DNA from: Macrostomum lignano
Taxonomy: Eukaryota
Assembly (NCBI GenBank): GCA_002269645.1
Contig: NIVC01001106.1
Span: forward strand, 1-64,000
Reading direction: 5' to 3'
Length of the DNA: 64,000 bases
Each line of letters begins with the position of its first letter. Positions within the stretch are counted from its first letter, which is position 1. This document shows, piece by piece, positions 50,101 to 64,000 of this stretch. Below the pieces are notes generated by a model. The model saw only the letters and a program-made list of their open reading frames with translations, was not told the DNA's origin and made no database searches. The position numbers were made by a program, and so were the translations under genes.

Positions 50101-52511
50101 CCGCTTGGCTAACCTAGAGTGCACAAAGTACATCTCTGGCGCCGATTCTGCACTTCTGGCAGTTTTGCTCACTGATTTGGTAGTTTGATCGACTGAGAAC
50201 TGCCTTGCCATTGGTCCACTGTGACCGGCGCCTACTAGCTTAGCTACTCATCTGAGCCATCGGCGAACAAAGAAATAAAACCGATAAAAATAACTGTTAG
50301 ATTTAACCTTCTCCTTAGTTCACTTCACACTTCAGATTGAATTGGAGTTTAGACTACTAGCAGTATTATTGAATGACTTCTGCCTCAGCAACAGCACTAC
50401 TGAACAAAATGAGCAAAAGTGTGCGCCTAATCCAGCTACTGAAACAGGGGGCAGATAAGGGATCACCCAATCAAGCAAGTCTAGGTAGCCTCTCACCCAA
50501 CCAATCAGAAACTCAACAGCCGGAGACCAGGTAATCCACAGTGACCGAATCGGCTTGATGCTCTGCAGCTGTAGACTCGGGATGATGCTGTCACAATCTT
50601 CGCTGTTAGCTAGCAGGTGATGCTCTTCACTTGATGTTCGCTGCTGATGACCGGGGGACTCGTCCTTGATGATGATGGCGGGGGGGGGGAAGTCGCAATC
50701 CGGGGATCAAGAAACGACGGTCAGGCTCCGGGAGGTCTCAAGCTAGGCCAAGTTCCCTGGAGGTCGAGGTCCGAGCGGGCCAAAAACACCGGTTTAAATA
50801 GCCGCCAACTGGACCGCAGTTTGTTATAATAGAACACGTCGATTCTGATTGGCTGAGCCGTTTTGTTAAAATGAGCGCCGAATTTTCTGATTGGCTAAGC
50901 TTGTTGCTACCCAGAATCACGTGACCGGGAGATCCTATCAGTTCCCACAGGGTCGTAAAAAGATGACAGGTGTGGAGTCTAGCTCCAAATGAATAAGAAT
51001 AAGATTGTGCACGAGTGTGTGTGAGCCTCGCAGGCCAGCTCGATCTTGGTTCGTAGCTTCTTACAGAGGCGCCAGGCCTCGGGCTTCTTTATTTATTTCT
51101 CTGCTTCCCAGCTTGGGGGAAGACAACCGGCAGGCCTATGCTTGTTGGGGGTGCGGGATGCAGACAGACAGACTTGTGCATAGGACTTGGGTGTGCATTG
51201 GCCGTACAGTGATGACTGTAACGGCTAGACAAAGACCGGTGCTTGGTGGGACTGAGGAGTGCGAGTACGAGCTAACCGATAGACAGACACTACAACAGGT
51301 GCGGCCATAAATCAATCAAAATCGCAACAAAATGATTTATGACTTTTCGCGTAGGATTGACAGAAATTAATGAAAAAATATACATTAGAAAGCTCTTATT
51401 AAATAGAAAGTGAAGATAATGAAGAGAAATCGCTAATCGCTAATCCCAAGGTACTTTTAGGGGTAAAACGCATAGCTGTCAAAGCTGTCACACGCTTGAG
51501 TGAACACGAACAATAGGTTCTGACCTCATAAATCTTGATGGCCTGTCAAAATGATGAGAAAAAAGCTACCGCCCGCATCCTCTCAGACCATCTGGCGCCC
51601 GCCTCAACACTGAGTGAGGCGCAGGTGGCTGTCAGACCGGCTTCGAAAGCGATGATTTATGACCCAAAAAGCTGCGCCTATGTTATTATGACTACTAGTA
51701 TGACCAAACATTATATCTAGTACAGATTCTATGACAATTAGCAGAAAAAAGATAAAAATGCCCATTGCCCACTGTTAGTAGGCCAATAAGTGTAGAGCCC
51801 ATGTGCTAGCGCGGGATTTGGAAAAAAGTGCGTCCTCATTAAAATTATTATATCTTTATAAATGTTAGGAACTAAATAACAATCTGGAATCTGGATCTGT
51901 GCGCGTGTCCATGGCTCAATAGAAATTGATACACTCTTACAGTAGCTTCGTACGTGTCTCCTAGCTCTTTTGCTGCCGTTCAACTGACAACTGTCAATCA
52001 CAACTTTCTTAAACATGCGGCCCTTGGTTAATTTAATTAAGTTGCAAGTACAGTACATGCTGCGTATTCAGTGATTACGGTTCAGTGATCAGTGATTCAG
52101 TGATTAGCCGCGTACTCATAGAATCCCATCTTCTACAATTGACTGTACGTAAAAACACTCATTAATTAAGCTTCCGCATCCGCAGGTTGGGATTTTTTCA
52201 ATTAAACGAAAAACAAAAACACAGAAAGGAAAAAAGTAATCGAATGTGCATGTGTACTTATTAATTAAACCTCTGGCGGGAGAAACAAAATTCAAATTAT
52301 TTAAGACGATGAAGCAACAGGACTAAATAGGGATGAATCCGAGAGAGGCAGCTGACTAAACAGACCTCGGCCGAGCATCATCACCGCACAGCGCGCAATG
52401 TCCTGTACGAAGCCTATAAGTGTGCGTGCATGGTGATTCTATGAAGCGACCGTTGTTATTGAAGGCCGCAAACGCAAATTACTCGTATGAATTTGTGATG
52501 CAGCTGCTTCA

Positions 52512-52982
52512 TCACAGCAGGTTCAGCTGCGTCATATAAACCCGACGAAGGATGTTCTGACAGTCCGAGAACACGCGGCGTATGTTCTCTGTGTCCACCG
52601 CAGTCGTATAGTGCGGATAGCATCGCCGCTGTCCGTCGCCCTGAGCGATAGCCTGGAATTGGTCGCGTACGAAACTCTTGGCTCGCGTCAGTTCTGGTTG
52701 CTCATCAGGACAATGCGGATCAGGCGCCGGCTGCGGGTAGCTCTTGAATGCTTCGAAGTAGTCTTCTAGTTTGGTCTTTCCTTTAAGAATCTTGTCCTGG
52801 AATGTGTCCTGCTTGTTTAGGAACAGAATAACGGAATTCTGTCGCAGGTAGCGGTTATTCCAGATGGTGCGGAACAGATCGATGGACTCTTGCAGCCGAT
52901 TCTGGGTTGGGTCCTCGCGCAGTCTTGAATCGTAGCCAGAGCAGGCGGAGACAAAAATCACAGCCGTGATATCGTGAAACAC
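52512..52982 (-). CDS. gnas-like: G protein alpha subunit, Gs-like, exon 2
   Basis: Acceptor TTTTAG|GTG; TAVIFV, NRLQESIDLFRTIWNNRYLR..SVILFLNKQD, CYPHYTTAVDTENIRRVF. Confidence 0.92.
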   Translation of the reverse strand: MFHDITAVIFVSACSGYDSRLREDPTQNRLQESIDLFRTIWNNRYLRQNSVILFLNKQDTFQDKILKGKTKLEDYFEAFKSYPQPAPDPHCPDEQPELTRAKSFVRDQFQAIAQGDGQRRCYPHYTTAVDTENIRRVFSDCQNILRRVYMTQLNLL

Positions 52983-53263
52983 CTAAAATTTGAACCCGAC
53001 GTCACGCTCGTAAACTGCATCCGAATACGATAGGGTATATTAAGAGGCCATTGACATATAATACCAATGACTAACTCGTATATTGTAGGTTTTTTAATAG
53101 TTGTAGCATCGTGAAGGTGTTTGAGTTTGACTTTTATACCACAATGCACTTAACTCCTAATATAATTACTAGAATTATTCTCTGCGTCTCCTAGTTTGTT
53201 CTCGTAATTTTAATTAAAAGTACCAACTCTTTATCTATGAATACATGCATGTGCCGAACCTCA

Positions 53264-54055
<792 letters not shown>

Positions 54056-55487
54056 TCACTATTGGCGCAGGTATTTGGCGATATTTTGCCAGACTGATGA
54101 GGCCAGAATAAATTTTTCCTGCTATTAGGGAACCTGCTCAGACAATATGGCCAGCTTTTCAGTTCGGCGGGATTCGTTGATGATTTTATTCTGTGCAAAT
54201 TTTCCCACTTTTATGCTAAGTCTTCGAGACTGCTCCTGCGTACCGTGTCTCTGTCTAACCCGCTAATTCTTTCGCTTAAAACTGGCTCGCTTGTGTTGCG
54301 TCTTTCGTCTGTCTGCGTTGCTTTTTTCTTCTCTAGACTATCACCTCTTTGATGCAGTGCGGCAGAGTTGGGCACAATGAAAAAGATAGAGATAAGAGCG
54401 AAAGATGGAGTCGAAAAAATGAGCTACAATATCGGAAGAATAGGCTGGCAGGAACGAAGTTTCTGAGAGGCCAAACTATAACGAGGCAGTGGCAACTTGA
54501 ACCGCCCCAAGCCTTTCCCGCTGTCACCGTTCTTAGCTATGTTGGCATGGCTGAACGGCAAGGTACTGTAGCACTCGCTGGTGTGGAGTCCGTACGACTC
54601 TAGCAGCAGTTTACTCTGCTTGCCCATTTTCTGACCCATCCCAGCTTCATTCTTCATTATATACATATATATAGCTCCAATATGCTGTATGCAAAACACT
54701 GTTGGGGCATCGCCAATTCAAGAAAGATAAATGAGCAGAGAAGCTGAGCTGGAATTTTTCTCTCGCTTTGCCAACTGTAGACAATTATAGCGAACTGCAA
54801 AGGGAGCTTGGATAGACATATATAGCTTGCATCGGAATATACAGTCATTATAGTGGCTTTTTTACTCGAGTGGCCAGCTCGTTGTGTACGCACTGACATC
54901 GTTGGGTTGAAGCCGATGCCATTGGTGCTAAGCATGCCACGAAGACTGCAATGTACTACACGAATGGCTAAAGGGCTGCTAGCTGTCAACAAAAGCTATG
55001 GAAAAATTAATCGATACAAGCAGTCATGGCCCCCAAACGGCCTGCTATTAAAACTTTTAAAGCCTAAAGAAAGGCGATAGTAGAGAAGATACGCAAGTCA
55101 AAGGACCTTTTGTTTAGCCAGTTCATCTCGGTGATAACAATGCTAAGAAAGTTGTGGAAGAATGTGTGCTTTTAAAACAAATTTACAAGCTTGTGCAAAG
55201 CGTTGGGGCTTTGTAAACATAGACGCTACATGTATTATGAAACAAAAGGCTTGCACTACGCGAACTTGTAACCACTCTCTTGCAGCTTGTAGGAACTTAC
55301 ATTTACATGTAGTAGCTTTTGTTAAAATTTATGAAACAAAAATCATGCGTAACTTTTCGCACGTCGCACCTGTGTGGCCACAAATACAAGTCCTATAATA
55401 CGAAACACCCCCGCATCTATGACCTGCATGAGCTTCTGTTTTGGAATGGCGATTATGAAATGAAATTTAATTAGAATAGGAGTAGAT

Positions 55488-55660
55488 TGTTGTGTAGTTG
55501 GTTTGCAGATATGTACATATGCTATGTACATCTGTTTTCCGATATTGATCTGTCGCAGCTAAATAAATGAATATATAAGTATAAATATACTAGTCGGTAG
55601 GCCAACTTGGGCTAAGTTCGTGTGTACCCCTAAATTCAGTCTGACTTTCTCAACACAACA
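55488..55660 (+). repeat. 5' LTR (173 bp)
   Basis: Matches 62820-62988 apart from one 4-bp indel and one substitution. Confidence 0.95.
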
Positions 55661-55789
55661 TTGGCGTCGCAAGCTAGGCCAACCCCCCCCCCACAATTTG
55701 GGGTTTTGACTTTTCACTAACAATTTGAGTGCCAGCCCAGCCTAAAAGGCCGCCACTGCGAAGTAAACAAGCGACAAACAAAGTACACA

Positions 55790-56660
55790 GTGCTCAGAAT
55801 GTCCCAGTCAACGACAGCTCCTAGCACATCGGAGGTGCCAAGGATCAACATCTCGCCATCAGAGCAATTCCTGCCTCAACCGGGACCGCCAACGAGGCCG
55901 TGGAATGAGTGGAAGAGCCTGTTTGACAACTACTTAATGGCGGCGGGCTTCGACACTCTACCAGACGTGAGAAAGCGAGCCCTGCTTCTGCACTGCCTGG
56001 GTGCGGAAGGACAGCGGATCTTCGCAGCGATGCAGCCACCGCCATCTCAGAATTCGGATGGTGAACAGACACCGCTGGGATTCGATGAGACCGTGAAGCT
56101 GCTGAAGGAGCAGTTTGGTGGCAAGACCAACGTGGTGGCGGAGCGCCACAGGTTTCGGCAGCGAGGGCAGCGACCCGGTGAGAAAATCGCTGACTTTGTG
56201 GCAGCGCTGTACACGCTGGCCGGCTCGTGCGAGTTCGGCGGCATGACGGACGAGATGATTCGCGACCAGATCGTGGAGAAGGTCAGCGACAGGCGGATCA
56301 GAGAGCGCCTGCTCATCGAGGACGGCCTGACGCTCAAGACGGCGGTGACGCTGAGTCAGCAGTGGGAGACCAGCATCGCGGAAGCCAGTGCGATCGAGAC
56401 TGGCGGCGCAGTTGCCATGGCAAGCCGAGGCGAGGCGGAGGTGAACAAGGTGCAAAATCAGTTCGGAAAGTCCAGAGCTCAAGAACGGGCGGCTGCCGGG
56501 CGAGAGTCCTGTCTGAACTGCGGAGGCGGCCACAACAGGCGAGCGCGATGTCCTGCTGAAGGCAAGTCCTGTTATGCCTGTGGCAAGCAGAACCATTTTG
56601 GCAGGATGTGCAGGTCGCAGGGCACTAAGGTGGCCGAGGTCGGAGAGCAGCCGCGAGGTC
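55790..56660 (+). pseudogene. gag: gag with two CCHC-type zinc knuckles (first one imperfect)
   Basis: LLLHCLG.EG, ERHRFRQR.Q.PGE, DEMIRDQIV, CLNCGGGH...CPAEGKSCYACGKQNHFGRMC. The frame loses homology after ~56655. Confidence 0.85.
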
Positions 56661-58373
56661 TTCACCGTGCGTGGCACGGCCAGTCCCGACATCAGGTGCC
56701 GGCTGAAGGTCCAGGGCAGCTGGCTGAGCCTGCTGGTCGACTCGGGCGCGAAAGTGTCCATTCTATCGGAGAGGACCTACCGGAGGCTCGGGTCCAAGGC
56801 GCCGCTGCAGCCATCCAACAGGAAGCTCATCGCGTACAACGGCAAGGCTATCGACGTGCTGGGACAGGCGGTGCTGTCGGTCAACTACCGCGGGCAGAGT
56901 GTGCCGTTCTTCTGCTTCACAGTAGTGCAGCAGGGATCCGACATCATGGGCACCGATCTGATGCAGCAGCTCAGCTTCCAAGTGGTGGACCGGGACGGCG
57001 ACCTGGTGCGCACCGTGGACAAGACCAGGCAGCTGCCGGCTTGGCTGCCAGACCGCTTCGAGCAGCTGACGCGAGGACTCGGCCGGATTCGAGGGTTCGA
57101 GCACAGGCCCCGAGTGAACCCCGCAGTGCCTCCAGTGGCGCAGCCTCTCCGCCGGACGCCGCTCAGCCTCAAGGAGAAGGTCCAAGCTGAGATCGATCAG
57201 CTTCTAGCGGACGGGATCGTCGAGGAGATTCAGGCATCCGAGTGGATTTCGAATCTGGTGGTCGTCCCAAAGCCTGACGGTAAGATCCGAATCTGCAATG
57301 ACCTCAGGTGCCCCAACAAGGCAATTGTGCCGGACAAGCAGCCTCTGCCGACATTCGAGGAGCTGACGACGGAGTTTAAGGGCTCGACGGTTTTCTCAAA
57401 ACTAGATCTGAACTCATCGTATCTGCAGCTCGAGCTCGCCGAGGACAGACGCGATATGACGGCCTTCATCACGGAGAAGGGTCTCTATCGGTACAAGCGG
57501 GTTTGTTTCGGTCTCAACAGCGCTCCGGCAGCTTTCCAGAAGGTGCTGAGCAAGATTCTGCACGGCTGTTCAGGAACGGTGCACTACATCGACGACATAG
57601 TCGTGCACGCTGCCAGTGAGGCTGAGCATCACAAGCGACTCACTGCGTTGCTCGACAAGCTGCTGGCCCACGGCGTCACTCTGAACGCAGGCAAGTGCCA
57701 GTGGGCTGCTGAGTCTGTGCAGTTCCTGGGCTACATCGTCTCTGGAAGCGGCCTGCGACCGATGCAGTCAAACGTGGACGCTATCGAGCAGGTGCCGGAG
57801 CCGAAGAGCGCTGAGGCGGTGGCGGCATTCCTTGGAATGGTGAAATTTTACGCGAACTTTCTTCAAAACCTGTCGGATGTCGCCGAGCCGCTGCTGAGGC
57901 TGCTGAGGAAAGACGTGCCCTGGGACTGGTCCGCAGACTGCCAGAAGGCCTTCACAACGCTCAAGAAGATGGTGCTGGCGCCGACCTGTCTGAGGTTCTT
58001 CAGCCCGGATGAGAAGATCATCGTTGCCTGCGACGCTCTGGGCGCCGTTCTGCTTCAAGAAGACGGCGCCGGCGTCCGGAGACCAGTCGCGTTTGCGTCC
58101 AGAACCCTGTCAGCGACTGAGCGCAAGTACTCCGCGTCTGAAAGAGAGGCATTGGCATGCATCTTCGCCTGTGAGAGGTGGCACTATTTCCTGTTCGGCC
58201 GAAGATTCGAGCTGCACACGGACCATCAGGCGCTGACTACGTTGCTGACAGCTCAGGGCAGCGGCCACCGGCCATTGAGATTGCACCGGTGGGCCGACCG
58301 CCTGCTCGCGTATGACTTCCAGGTCTGCCACGTTCCGGGGAAAACGAACACCGTTCCGGACTTTTTGTCGTGA
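56650..58373 (+). pseudogene. pol: pol part 1: aspartic protease, reverse transcriptase, RNase H
   Basis: LLVDSGAKVSIL; FSKLDL...YLQ; FGLNSAPAAFQ; YIDD; ERKYS..EREALA; ends DFLS*(TGA). Confidence 0.92.
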
Positions 58374-59807
58374 CACGGCGCCCGCAACGACAGCATCGAG
58401 GAGGACCCGGCGGAGCTCCAAGTGAACGCCGTCCTGCTGTCTGGCGCGCTGCAGATCGTGAGCCCAAGCGAACTGGCTGAGGCATCTCTACAGGACCCGG
58501 TGATCAGCCAGGCGATCGAGATGACGCTGGAGGGCTGGCCAAGTTCCATCAAGCAGTTGAGGCCGGAGCTGCAGCCGTTCTGGCGGATCAAGGAGCAGCT
58601 CACAGTCTGGAATGTAGGCAAGTGCCTGGCGAATGGGTTGCGCGCGGTGATCCCCGCGTCGTTGAGAGAGAAGACGCTGCAGCTGGCGCACTTTGGGCAC
58701 CTCGGAGTGAGCAGAATGAAGCAGCACTGCCGGGACTCGGTCTGGTGGCCGCAGATCGACAGCCAAATCGAGGAGTTCGTGCGGCACTGCGAGGCCTGCC
58801 TGCTCAGCGAGAAGAACTTCAAGCCATCCAAGACGGTGCTGACTCCGACGAAGTGGCCGACGCGACCTTGGGAGGAGCTTCAGCTCGACATCTTCGGGGA
58901 GCTGCATTCGGCGCCGAACTCATGTCGCTTCATTCTGGTGCTGTACGACCTGCATTCGAAGTGGCCCGAAGCAGCCTGCATGTCCACAGTGACCACAGCT
59001 GACGTGATCGACGCCCTGACGACGTGGTTCAGCCGCTGGGGACTCCCAAAGAGCATCAACACGGACGGCGGGCCGCAGTTCATGTCCGGTGACTTCAAAG
59101 ACTTCCTCCAGCGCTGCGGCATCCAGCACCGCCAGTCGCCGCACTACCACCCGCAAGGCAACGCTGCAGTCGAGCGCTTCAACCGGTTTCTGAAAGACGG
59201 CCTGAAGACGCACCTGCAGGACGGTTACGGCTTCAAGGATGCGGTGAGGGCGCTGCTGTGGTCATACCGGGCCACCCCGCACGCACTGACGGGGGTGTCA
59301 CCGGCGGAGCTGATGACGAGCCGGAAAATCAGCACCCCGCTGACCGCACTGCAGCCAAGGACGCCATCGCAGCACAACCTGGCAGGCAGCATCAGGCAGA
59401 AGCAGCAGCGAGTCTTCAGCAAGCTCAACTCGGCCAGGAGGCCTCCGCCGGCGTTCAAGGTCGGCGACTGGGTGCGCGTGAGGCGGCCGTTCGCGCGTGG
59501 CAAGCTGAGCAGCCGGCTGTCCGAGCCACTGGAGATCTCGAGAATCGCGAGCGCCACCACAGTGATCCTCAGTGACGGCTCTCGGTGGCACGTCGACAAC
59601 TGCGTGCGGGTGGAGCGGCCGGCGGGAGCGCTGCCGCAGTGGCCCGCGCCAGCCGCCACGACCGCTCCGACACCCGCGGCGGCGGCGGGAGCGGCGGCGG
59701 AGGCGGCCAAAGAGCTGCCGCTGCATGAAGGAGCACCGACGGCAATTCGAGCGAGTGTGAGGAGTCGGGCTCCACCGCAGTGGTACGGGGATGTGGTGAC
59801 TCATTGA
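58374..59807 (+). pseudogene. int: pol part 2: integrase, in frame with part 1 across a single TGA
   Basis: HHCC motif (AHFGH...CEAC), catalytic QLD / NTDGGPQF / VERFN, C-terminal FKVGDWVRVR. Confidence 0.92.
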
Positions 59808-60284
59808 TTGCAATGACTGAAAAGGACTTTTGAGTTGCAAGCCTTTGGTTTTCGAGTTTTCTATTTGAGGGTTTTGAAATTGGAACTTAATGTCGAACTT
59901 TTTCAAACATTTTATTCCGATATCAAAAAAATATTTTATTCCTAATATTCATGTCTGTTTTATTGCTCTTGAATATGTAATCGACAAGCTGTTGAAACCC
60001 GCGGATTTTGAACCCGGGGAATTCCAATCCCCGGAACTACTTTTGCATGTATTCTGAAATCTAAGGCCATACACAAACAAAAATTGTTAATAGTTAGTAG
60101 GATAGAGGTAGACATAAAATGGAGCACATTCGTGTAAAATTAGGGTTTGAGGCAAACATTGATATTGTTGGCTGGGGTACTCCGAAGAATGTCAGGCAAT
60201 GTCTGTCTGACTCTAAAACATGTATTGGCAAACTCTGGCCTCTCCCTGACTCTCCCTACGTCCCTTGGATCCTTTAAAATTTCT

Positions 60285-61520
<1,236 letters not shown>

Positions 61521-62819
61521 TTCCTCTCTCATCTGGCCCGCACATAAGCTGGATTCTTTATCTGGCTTTTGAAGTAAAAGTCTGCCGATCCCTGCTTCGA
61601 AAGCCAGTTTGTGGGACGTACTACTCTCATCGTTGTTCTCATGCTTTGATCACGTCATCTTTCTTGCCAATTTGCAGCCCTGAAAGGAATTTGTGTATCT
61701 TCAGCTCCACTGCAGTCTGCATCAGTCTAACAATAACAACCAAGGAAATACGCATTTCTTAGGAGGCCATTTAAAATTTACACACTACCTTTAAAAGAAA
61801 CCTAAAATTTCCATGGTGTGCCTAATTAAGTAGGGTTGTATTGCATTGTGCATAGGATCGCATCGCCTTTTCATAAATCTTTCGTTTTTACAAACCGCTT
61901 TTCGCTTTCGCTTTTTTGCTGGATTTCCTCGATTTGCCAATTGCCATCCACTGTTAAACTGCTGCAGAGTTTGCCAATACAGAGGGGAGGGCAGTGGTTA
62001 GAATTTCTCACTAAACTGTTATGGCTAAACGTAGCCTCTCCACTCTCGGGGTGCAGAGAAGGCTATAAATAAAGTTATTCCAAAACAGTGTACATTTGCT
62101 ATGTACATTCAGTCCTATCGCCTGACCCTTCGTCTGGCTCTGGGGGAATGAGTGAGTGAGTGGCACAAACAACAGAAAAAGCAGACAAACTTCACATGCT
62201 TACAGTTTCTTTTTCGGTTGAGTTACAGAGTTGAAACTTTACATTTAGATAGAGAATGGGTCAATAAAGAATTGTGTCAAGTTTGAAGTCAATCGCTTTA
62301 CGTGGAGCAAACTTATGGCAGCTGAAAGTTAGTCAATTTTGAAACCCTTTTACACATCTGGGCCCAGATCGGGAAAGAGAGGCGGGCGGAGGTTGGGGTG
62401 GTTGCTACGCTGAAAAAACAGCCTAACTTTAAAAGTGCACAGCACCGCTCAGGATTAACTTTAAGACTCGAAATTTTACATGATTGTGCCAAAACAGTTT
62501 AAGATTATCTGTGTCAAATTTGAAGAGAATCGGTAGAAGTGGAGCGGCGCTATAGAGGATTTAGTGAAAAAATTGCGCATTTTGAGCAGTTTTTTGCACT
62601 TTTAGGTAGGAAGACTCAAATTTAGGAAATTAAAAGGTAGCCTAAGACATTCTCCGTAGTAAGTTTAGGGTGGGTGTAAAGTTTGGTGTAATTTGGTTGA
62701 GCGGTTTGGGAGTCCATAGCGATCAAAATTGTCCACACACAGACAGAGTTTTGACTTTTATAGGTAGAGATTTTCGAATATTTCATCGACAAGGCAACTC
62801 GTTCGCGAGGGAGAGTGAA

Positions 62820-62988
62820 TGTTGTGTAGTTGGTTTGCAGATATGTACATATGCTATGTACATCTGTTTTCCGATATTGATCTGTCGCAGCTAAATGAAT
62901 ATATAAGTATAAATATACCAGTCGGTAGGCCAACTTGGGCTAAGTTCGTGTGTACCCCTAAATTCAGTCTGACTTTCTCAACACAACA
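62820..62988 (+). repeat. 3' LTR (169 bp)
   Basis: Direct repeat of 55488-55660, followed by TSD TAGAT. Confidence 0.95.
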
Positions 62989-63451
62989 TAGATCAGGAAG
63001 ATACTATAAGCAAAGTTTTAGACAGAAAAAGATACGCAGAATGCATCTTTAGATCAAAAAATAAAGCTTGAGGTATCGCATGCACTTTAAATGAGTGAGC
63101 TATCTAAATTTAGCTGACCATAAGAAATACAATTACTGTCAGCCTTGAAGAGAATCTAATTAAGAGAGGGTCTTTTTCCAAACTGTTTAATTTGCTGCAG
63201 CTGGCAACTCCGCACAAGCTATTCTTCAAAACTTAATATTCATAACCTGCGTCGCATATACCCAATCCCTCACAGCCAGCATGAGTGGCTCACCTGTCTA
63301 CACCCTAATTTGCCGTTAGAGCTCCCTCGAGGCATTAGAATGAGTGGCGAGCCGACTGCAATATTTATTGTGACACCCACCTGAGCAGTGTATTTTTAGA
63401 GGCCCTAACGCTAACCTACTAAGCAACTCTGGCTGACTGACTGGCTGACTA

Positions 63452-63930
<479 letters not shown>

Positions 63931-64000
63931 AAAAAGTTAAAACAATGCAAGCTTATATTGTAATTAAGCTTAAAAATTGAAATTAACGTACGGCCGTGCA

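Noticed and set aside
54092-54115. CTGATGAGGCC hammerhead-like start
   Set aside because: No complementary GGCC-GAAA follows.

Overview
Animal genomic DNA, not prokaryotic. GC-rich exons with poly-Q/A/S runs sit among very dense, locus-specific minisatellites; this style suggests a flatworm such as Macrostomum (inference, not proven). Protein genes supported by motifs and splice sites: Six3/6 (optix) exon 1 (-); an intronless heparan sulfate 3-O-sulfotransferase (+); and a co-oriented minus-strand run of a 3-exon globin (missed by the ORF track), a 2-exon aquaglyceroporin, an ING PHD-finger gene, a 3-exon ARMC6, an RRP7 C-terminal-domain ORF and a divergent 2-exon G-alpha-s-like gene. Mobile DNA: a complete 7.5-kb Ty3/gypsy LTR retrotransposon (55488-62988; near-identical LTRs, 5-bp TSD TAGAT, damaged gag-pol), a 382-bp Mutator-like MITE with a 9-bp TSD, a tRNA-derived SINE-like relic and a possible Penelope remnant. 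About 30 tandem arrays account for most long ORFs in the track, which are artefacts. Most interesting hypothesis: ING has a strong 3' splice acceptor but no in-frame ATG, so its start codon may come from the 3'-terminal AUG of a flatworm spliced leader, within an operon-like RRP7-ARMC6-ING cluster. Also notable: several arrays multiply splice-site or transcription-factor motifs next to genes.
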